Positions 53,101 to 62,100 of a DNA stretch of 64,000 bases are shown piece after piece. The DNA comes from Tubiluchus corallicola (taxonomy: Eukaryota; Animalia; Priapulida). Both the position numbers and the translations under genes were made by a program. How positions within the stretch are numbered: the stretch's first letter is position 1; each line of letters starts with the position of its first letter. Where the stretch lies: contig JAQGDQ010000331.1 in assembly GCA_030141605.1 (NCBI GenBank), positions 1-64,000 on the forward strand, read 5' to 3'. The notes under the pieces were generated by a model. It did no database searches, was not told where the DNA came from, and saw only the letters and a list, made by a program, of their open reading frames with translations.

Positions 53101-56100
53101 AAAGAGTAGGAAATGTTCTGTAACATATGTTCTGGAACACTTCTTGTCTTTACCTTTCAAAAAATTCCAGGCAAATGTTGTCATCACCCACCATTCTACT
53201 ATGTTACAGAGAGCAATATATATAAGTTAGCCTATTCCCAACTTAGAAGCAGTACGCAGAGACCGTGTAGACGTGTAGAATGTATGCGCATTACTGATCA
53301 GTGGTGGATGGATCTAATAGTGTTTGCCTAAGCACACAGTGGTGACATTGTGCAAAATGTTTTTGTGCACTTTATTATGCTGTTGTTAGCTGTGTTGTTG
53401 CTGTGATGTCGTCGACAGTAAATTATAATACATTCTTCTGTAGAAATCATGGTCAACCAGTTGCAGCAGACATGGGAGTTTGTATACAAGAAATGGTAAA
53501 TGCTGACAGTGCAGGTGTTTTGTTTACTAGAGATCCAGTTACTGGCAATCCTGGAATTATGACAATAAATGTATCCTATGGACTTGGAGAAGTAAGTACA
53601 CATTTACGGGTACATCAAAGAAAGCATAGCATCAGGCAAAGCAGTAAAAAAAATACAATCGTTTTTCTTGGAAAAAACACTTTTGATTCAAAACTCCAGT
53701 GTGAGCTGACTTGTCGGCATTTCCTAGCACAGTAATTTATTTCAATAATTGAAATCTAATGAAATAAGTGTAATCTAAATTTATAGGTGGAGAATGGCTT
53801 GTGAAATGCCTTTGCTAATGCGACTTAACCTTAGGTAATGGTTTTGAGTTCAAGAGTAATAAACTAGTAATTGACTTAATAACTCAATTTATTTCAAAAG
53901 GTGATCATGATTTGATATTTTGACGATTTGTGATTGTGTGTATTTTCTGATTCAAGGCTGTTGTGTCTGGGATTGTTGAGCCAGATACCATCACACTGGA
54001 GAGAAGCTTCAATAATAAACTTTCTGTAAAAGACAAAGTTGTTGGAAGCAAGAAAGCTCAACTTGTTCTTTCAGGTGAGCTATTGAAAATTTATACATAA
54101 CAAAATCTATTTATATATCCGCATTCTCTGAATTTTCCTTATAAAATTAAAACTTGTCTTAATTGTGACAGGCTTGGGTGGTATGGTATGCAAGACACTG
54201 ACTAATTATGTAATGGTTTAGCACTAAAATTCAAATTCAATTCAAATTAGTTTGAAATAACTTAACAGACAACTTTATTTAGATTTTACCTGTTTAAGCA
54301 GGATTATGCAACCTGCGCTGAAGTATACCAGGTTTTGCAATAAATGACTAACTGTAAAGCTACGTTGATATGACTTTCTATGTCAATATTTGATGGTGCA
54401 TTGGTATTTTTTATCTTAGACTCTGGTGGGATTAAAGAAGTAACTACTGCCAATGAGGCTGCTGATTGTTGTCTGAGTGATAAATTAGCCTTGCAACTAG
54501 GAGAAACTGGCATATTAGTAAATATCACCTTTATGGCTATTTTGTATGTTACCTTTACAAAAATAAAAAGTATTTTAAATAAAATACGTTAAAATTACCT
54601 TAAAATAACTTTAGTTGTCATCAGTCTTTTGTCTTATTTTACTTTATGTGAAATGTTTACTTAAATACTCTGAATACTTAAAGAGCTGGAATTTTGAGAT
54701 AATATTTTAAAACAGTGCTTGTTCACCTTAAATAAATGGTTCAATGCCCAATTTCTGAAAAGATTGCTGCCTTTCATAGTGCTTTAACAGCCCTACTTAA
54801 GTGGATCTTGTCACAATTCTTAAAACTTTGTGAGCTTGTGCTTTTTCCAAGATGAGTAATATATAATTGAAATATAATTGGAAATTTGACTTGTAATTTG
54901 AAAATTCAACTTTTCAGATTGAGCAGTCTTTCTCCGACCCTCGAGACATTGAGTTTGCCATCAAAGATGATGAGATCTATCTTCTGCAAGCTCGGCCTAT
55001 CACATCATTTAATACAGAATCTGATGATGAACTCATTCATGAATTTGATGGACCAGTTATCATGGAACAAGAAATGTTTACCACTGCTAATACTGGGTAG
55101 GAATTTAATATTTGCCTTAGTATATTATATGCTACTCAATGCTATTCTGTTGCCTTTACTTTTTCACATTTTTCCTTTGAAAATTTAACAAACTTTTACA
55201 AGATATTTTTAGAGTGCATGAACTATAAAAAATGGCTGTAAAAATGAAAGCTGAAGAACTCTCATTTCTACTGCATAATTTCGTAAATCGAAACATAATG
55301 CTGTTTCATGGCCTTGATAACGAGTTACGTTCTGGTGTGAGAGTTGCTGGATTCCGACTTGCAGAATTGTCAATTGAGCAATCAGTATGTAACGTAACAA
55401 GCTTTGTAGAGCTGTAGCTGTTTATCACTTGCTACATTAAACAAGTAATTTTGTTGAAATACATTGCTGCAGCACATATTAAAAATATTTTGCTCGCTTC
55501 TAACCTGAATGCATGTATTATTGTTTGTTTTTAGAGAAATGATGCCACAGGCAATGACTCCATTAACAGTGGACATTTTTATAGGAACACTTGGTGGAAT
55601 TGGGCAGGTAAGCAAAAAACACGTTGCAGTTCACGTAATTTGTATATTAAAATTTACTCATTTCCGTATTTATATTATTTTTGTTCATTTACTTTTTCAC
55701 TTTTGCTACTGATTAAAAGCTTTTAAGCATCAACAGCTTTGGCTACAAGAAATAATTAAAATTTATGATTTGAAAATATCAGTTTTAAGATAGAAATAAA
55801 CTAGTTGTTCGTGAAAGGAAGACAGGATGATTTGCCACATACCCCATTTTCAAGTCCAATAAAAAGTATGCATTTTAACATGATTAATACTGCAAAAGCA
55901 TTTCTGATAATTAAATAATAAGTTAAAAATTTAATTGATGGGCGAGCCCAACTATTGATGACATCACAAACTAACATTATTCTCAGCAGCAAAAATATTC
56001 TACGAGCGTGTTGCACATGTTGGTGAAAGCGAAAATTGTAGTACAGTGTTACTGTAAAATATTCAATGTGTTGTACTAAAACTAGGCAGATAGGCGGATG

Positions 56101-59100
56101 TTTTAAGATACCGCTGTGCTCACGCATGAGCTGTCGAATGTGCGTAGTTCATCAGAAACTAACACATCTGAACTGAGAAGTACAGCATCTGTTTTTTTGT
56201 AATGCGTTTCCGAAGTGCAAGCGCTAGTGCCCATCTAACTAGCAAATGGTGAAATGCATGTAACAGCGAAGAACTAGTGCCGCAAACTCGAACTTTTGTT
56301 TGTGTGGTAATAATTCTTTTACGCAAGTCATTTTTGAAAAAATAGTGTGTTCCCTTTCAATATTTTAAAGACTAGATTGTTTTGACCTACGGTTTAAGAT
56401 TGGGTCCGGTTTTGCTTGAAACAACACGTTTGAAGCGCACTGCTAGCAATGTTCATGAATGCTAGTATGAATATCAAAGTACAAACCCAGCATGTTTTAT
56501 GATACATAGTTATTTAAACCCACTAAAAAATTGATTGCTTAGTTGTAGTTGTACAGTTTTGTGGTACAGTAAATTAATCTAAACCTCAAAAATTTCACCT
56601 AGCACCATTCAGGATAACTTGTACAATATTATAATTTTTTTACATAAACTTTGAAACATTGGAAGGTGAATAAAATTTAGTTGCTAAAAATACTAAATGT
56701 TTAATACTAGGTCCAATTTTCAGTTTAGAGAAACTACAATTGTTTTGGGGATTTAAGGTTGTGGCAGTTTTAGGTCACTAGCATATCTTTGCCTTTTGAG
56801 CGGCCCATTTCTGATGTCTACTAAAACTATAATCTGTTTTATAGAGTCTGTTTATGCCTATTTGATTTTTTTTGCCTTCTTAGTCATAATTTGATTTTAA
56901 TAATGATGCGATGATTCTACATTTATGTTAAATAGCTTGAAATGCAACAGATGTCTGCATTTATGTGGCCTTGTCATATACCTCAGTATGCACCAGCACA
57001 GAGTTATCACTTCTTTATAAATGTTATATCAGTAAGTTAAAAGGTTAACTTTAAATGTTAGTTGTTTTTTGACTTATATTTTAGTGTGTTTAGTCCTTCA
57101 GCCTTGTCAGTAAACAGTTTATTCCACTGGAGTATTTCTTTTTTGTTAAGCAAATACTTTCTGCATTTTCACTGCAGTACTGGTCCAAAAGTAATTGGTC
57201 AGAAATTCAGTACTGCAGAAAAAACATATGACACTAGAATAAATGTAGAATCATCAGCATATTTAATGATGTTTATTATTTACAACGTCAAAATGTGGTG
57301 CACTTCTGCTGGTCATTAAAATCACTTATAATTTGGTTTATGGTGTTGACTTTGTTCTTGATTAGTCTAATTTGCTTTTCCCTTACAATTTGATTTTAAA
57401 ACTCAGTCGATGATTCTACATTTATGTTAAATAGCTTGAAATGCAACAGATGTCTGCATTTATGTGGCCTTGTCATATACCTCAGTATTTACCTGCACAG
57501 AGTTGCCACTTCTTTATAAATGTTATATCAGTAAGTTAAAGGTTAACTTTAAATGTTAGTTGTTCTTTAGTGTGTTTAGTCCTTCAGCCTTTTCAATAAG
57601 CGGTTTATTCCACTGGTGTATTTCTTTTTTGTCAAGCAAATACTTTTTGCATTTTCACTACAGTACTGGTCCAAAAGTAATTGGTCAAAAATTCAGTACT
57701 GCAGAAAAAAAGCATGTGGCACTAGAATAAATGTAGAATCATCACCATATTTAATGATGTTTATTATTTACAATGTCAAAGTGTGGTCCACTTCTGCTGG
57801 TCAGTAAAATCATTTTTAATTTGGTTTATGGTGTTGACTTTGTTTTTGACTAGTCTATTTTGGTTTTTCATTACAATTTCATTTTAAAACTCAGTCGATG
57901 ATTCTACATTTATGTTGAACAGCTTCAACAGCAACAGATGTCTGCATTTATGTGGCCTTGTCATATACCTATGCAAGGACTTTCTTGTAGTTGCCACTTC
58001 TTTATAAATGCTTTATCAGTAAGTCACAACTTAAGAAGTAATTGATGTACATTTTTGTGCATTTATTTTTGGTGATTTTTATTGAAAGATTTTGCCGCAG
58101 TGGCAATTTTTGTCTTAATCAAATGCCCTTCTGCTATTTTTTCAAGAATTCCTGTACTACAGTGAAAAAGCTTTAATTGTGCTGCAGTGTAAGCTTTATG
58201 ATGCTAGTATAAATGTAGAATCATCACTGTATTTGTGCTGCCTACAAAGAAAAATTTGCTTAAACTCATTTGCTATGCAGCTTTGTGATACAAAAGTGGA
58301 ATTATTACAGGTAAAGTTTTCACTTACGATTATACTTGTTTTTATGATGATTCTACATTTACATTAATTACACAGTTTCAACGGCGACGTATTTTTGGCT
58401 CTGTGTGGCCGTGCTATGTGCCTATGATTTTACCTGCTTACTGTGGCCATTTTTTTGCTAACTGCTTTCTAGTAAGTCTTACTGGTGTTTTCCAAAAAGG
58501 TAAATGTGTTTTATCCAACGTTTAAAAAACTTCAGACAAACTCATATTCTGAACATATGAAATTTTAGATCTGCAATTTTTTCTTAGAATGTTGCAAAGT
58601 TACTAAATGTTCTGTTCTTGCTATTGTTATGTGCAATTTGATTTCTGTGAAATCAGAAAATGGTAGAAGTCAGGCATTTGTTGTATATCTAGGAAAAAAT
58701 AAATTATTCCAAGCAGACATAGTTTAGAAAATTGGAAACGTCCCTACAGTGGAGTATGCAACAGCATAATTTTTTGGATAACCCCCACTGCATTCTTGCC
58801 TCTGGAGAAGTGATAATCAATGCTGTAATATCCTCCATCTTTAGATTTGAAGTTTTTTAAACGTTTTATCTTGAGAATCATACTTGCTGTGATTTGTGTT
58901 CGTTAGGTCATTTATCTGTTATTGATAAACATGCTCTTTGTGCACTCTTTTGCTTGTCTTCAGTATGTAATTGTTTTTGTCAAACGTTAAACTGCAAATT
59001 GTGCTGTTAGTTCAAATTCGTGTAAAAATCAAAGGTTCAGTCTTCACAAAGCTCTGCTTTCTCGTTATTTAGCCCCATGCAGTGAGATTTGGGAGTTGGG

Positions 59101-62100
59101 GCTGAAACCATCTCTCTGTTCAGTCTGTCTGAAAAAGATATAGCTAGATAAAGACTAACCATATTGAGTAAATGTGTGCGTGGGTGTATGTGATTGCTTC
59201 TTTTATTGCTGTGATTAGTCATTTAATTTATTGTTGTAGAGAATGATGTTTATGATGTTTGTTTTATACATGATGCATACATGTGTTTTTGCATGGGTGT
59301 ATGTGTGTACTTTATAACAATGCGAATTTGAGAAACTTGAACAGCCCTGTTGATGGGAAATGTTACCTTTAGGAATAACTTGCATAATCAAGGGATGTGT
59401 TTCTTGCTAATTTTCCATTCTTCAATCTGTGAACAAATGTTATTTGAAAAACTTGAAAAAAATGTAAGATGCTAGGTGGCTGAGTAAGTTTCAGTCAGAA
59501 TTAAACATTAAAAGCCACTAAGACACAAAGCAAAAGCTATTTTTATATATGATTCTGGCATTTGTGTGACCAATGATTATAGTGAAGAGAGGTGATGCCA
59601 ACACCCAAGAAAAAAAGACATGCTTGTTTCAACTACAAACATCAATGTAGAATCATCACTGTTGATAAATCTGTATCGTTGTTGCACAGTCACTTATTGA
59701 TAGGGCTTTAAATAATTTTGTAGCTACGTGTAATTGCATTGACATATATTACTAGGCAATGCACGAAAAGTTTGCTGGATTTCGTATGCCAAGCTATTCA
59801 CCAATTGCCTTTGCTTCTTATAGTGGTCACTTTCTGATCAATATGCTTAATGTAAGTTCATCATAGTTATCAATTTTTATATTTGTAACCAATACTACAG
59901 GTCACCCAGATGTTTGCAGTTTTGGCATTTTGTTTGAAACTACTGTTGCATACATGATAAATGTGCCATTTTTTATAATTATTAAGGATACCATTTTACC
60001 ATTCTAATAGGCATTTTATTGTGTGATTTCTTAAGAATGGGGCTTCTGTTGTACATTACATTGTTTGTTTGTAGAAACAGCAATTCTCTGTGAAAGAGTT
60101 CGTTTGTGTTACATCACATGCATGCTTGAACGAAGAGATTTTGCGTGATCAGCAAAAATTACTTTTTGCAATTATTCTTTTTTTAGTTACGAAATTTAAT
60201 TTTTAATTTTTTCTAAATTTGACACTAAATTGAGTATATACATTGGTTTCAATATACCATGCCTTTTTTCATTAATGGACAAATAAAGTTCACTGTTTAC
60301 GCATTGACTGATTACTTCAATATTGGATTACCACTAAAAATACACAGTACACTTAAGCAGCATTCTGTTACCAGTATAATGAATTTCACTTTCATTTTTG
60401 TGTTATCAAAACTACTAATACAGATTTGTGAAGCACTGAACCTTTTCATTTGTATCTTATTCTATGTTTGAAAGTAGAAGTAGAATTTGTGAATAATAAT
60501 ATAAAAGTGATGTAAGTTATTTTTGAACTGTTCTTTATCTAACAGTATGAACTGGTCACTTCAATAAAGCTTCTTCATAAGTTCTATTTGCATTAATCAC
60601 TATTATTAACAGTTATGGTTTGTACCAATATTTATCTTTCACGGTTCTTTTTCTTGCTTTTTTGCAAATTGTTTAATTGTGCAACTGAGACAATTTTTAG
60701 AAAATATACTTTGTTAACATACTATATGATGACTTAAATTGTATTTACTTGTAAATATTAAATGTTTTATTAATGGGAGTTGCAATAATGTTAATTTTCA
60801 TACATTTTGTTACTTTAGTAAAGGAAGTTTTCTGGCTTAATGAGTAATTTAAAGGGTGCTATTGATTGAACTGCTAATGAATCACTTGTTAATGATAATA
60901 CATGAAATAACTCTTGTGTTACTTAGTAATCACTTTTACGATACTGCAAAAATTCGAAAGTAATTAAACTGAGTATGCTGCATTAATAATATTTTTTATA
61001 TCTGCAACTCATTAACAATGATACTGTATATTTGCTCACTCAAAATTCATTCGCATGTAGGGTCTGTATTATATGAATGAATATACTATGCTTGGTGCAA
61101 CAGTTGCTTCATCTCGAGTGTACATGGAAATGATATTGTTTGGCAGACGTTTGGATGACTCCATAGAGGATATCATTATACATCGTTTTAAAGACACGTA
61201 CGTGCCTTTATGGCGGAAAGTTCGATCATGGATTCATGTGATGAGTGTATGCCATATTAAATTATCATGATATATAATAAGTTTTTAAAAACTAAATAAA
61301 ATGCTAATATTGTTGGGCTGAGTTGCTTCGTTTTCTGCTTAACAGATGTTTTCAAACTATGCAATAGACATTTTAAGTACAATCTACATGAATGATTCTT
61401 TATTAAATCATTATCGGCTTTGTTAAATCCACGGTAAGTAAGTTTTAGGGCTTTTTGTAAAGCTGTCTTATTGTAAAGCTATTTTTTACTTTTTCTATAG
61501 TTGCTGGTATACAGAATTTATTCTCATCTTCTTCGTAATTTCTATTTAAATGTAAAATAATGTTTCTACTTGTTGTATAGTCACCTAAGTATTTACTGCC
61601 AGGTGAGTATTGCTCATTCCTTCGAGTAGAATAAAGTAAGAATTAAAAATAGGTGATCGATAATTACGATATATAGGAGGGTGACCGGTTGTGTTATATC
61701 AGTGACGATTCTGGTATGTATAAATATAATTTTTTGAAGTTTATTTTTAACTACATCTTTGATATGCTGATACGTCGAGTATCATATCAGGTGGATTTAA
61801 TTATCACCATCTTTATTGGCACTTGATAAGGGAAAGGGAAACCCATTGTAAGGTAAAAAGCTCACATTTTCATACGTCTACAAATGTCTTCTTATTACAG
61901 AACAAGAGAATAAAACCTTGTTGGTGCATTATCTTATCATAATGTTGATTATTAGTATTTATTAAGCTACATATAGTAAAATGTAATTGCTTTAATTATA
62001 ACACAAGATAATGTAGCATGTTGTAAGCAAAAAGTTGTCATAGTAAGTCTGTTTAAGTGACTGAACTAGACTAAATGGTTTAAGCAGATACACAATGTAA

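Larger units (their letters stand above)
56880..58030. repeat. Recent tandem duplication of a ~490-500-bp exon+intron unit (about 2.3 close copies, plus more diverged copies downstream)
   Basis: Exon starts at 56936, 57435 and 57923 (spacing 499 and 488). The intron sequence is nearly identical between the first two units. Confidence 0.95.
56910..59657 (+). promoter_or_regulatory. Complementary intronic splicing elements (docking/selector-like) across exon cluster A
   Basis: GATGATTCTACATTTA at 56910, 57409, 57897 and 58346. Its reverse complement TAAATGTAGAATCATC at 57240, 57728 and 58210, and AACATCAATGTAGAATCATC at 59638. Confidence 0.75.

Noticed and set aside
55232-55417. ORF containing VAGFRL, resembling FAGFRM of exon A5
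   Set aside because: It lies upstream of the constitutive exon 55535-55607, has no compatible acceptor, and the match is too short.
55805-55897. Extra A-type exon LFVKGRQDDLPHTPFSSPIKSMHFNMINTAK
   Set aside because: Open after an AG and vaguely similar (HF..IN), but it has no GT donor at the expected place, no X motif and a different proline register.
56880-58480. CRISPR-like or satellite reading of the regularly spaced repeats
   Set aside because: Eukaryotic context. The units are ~450-500 bp and each contains a spliceable coding exon.
61346-61433. Exon-like segment (AACAG|...|GTAAGT) after B1
   Set aside because: Stops in all three frames and no homology to A or B. It could only be a poison exon, for which I have no support.
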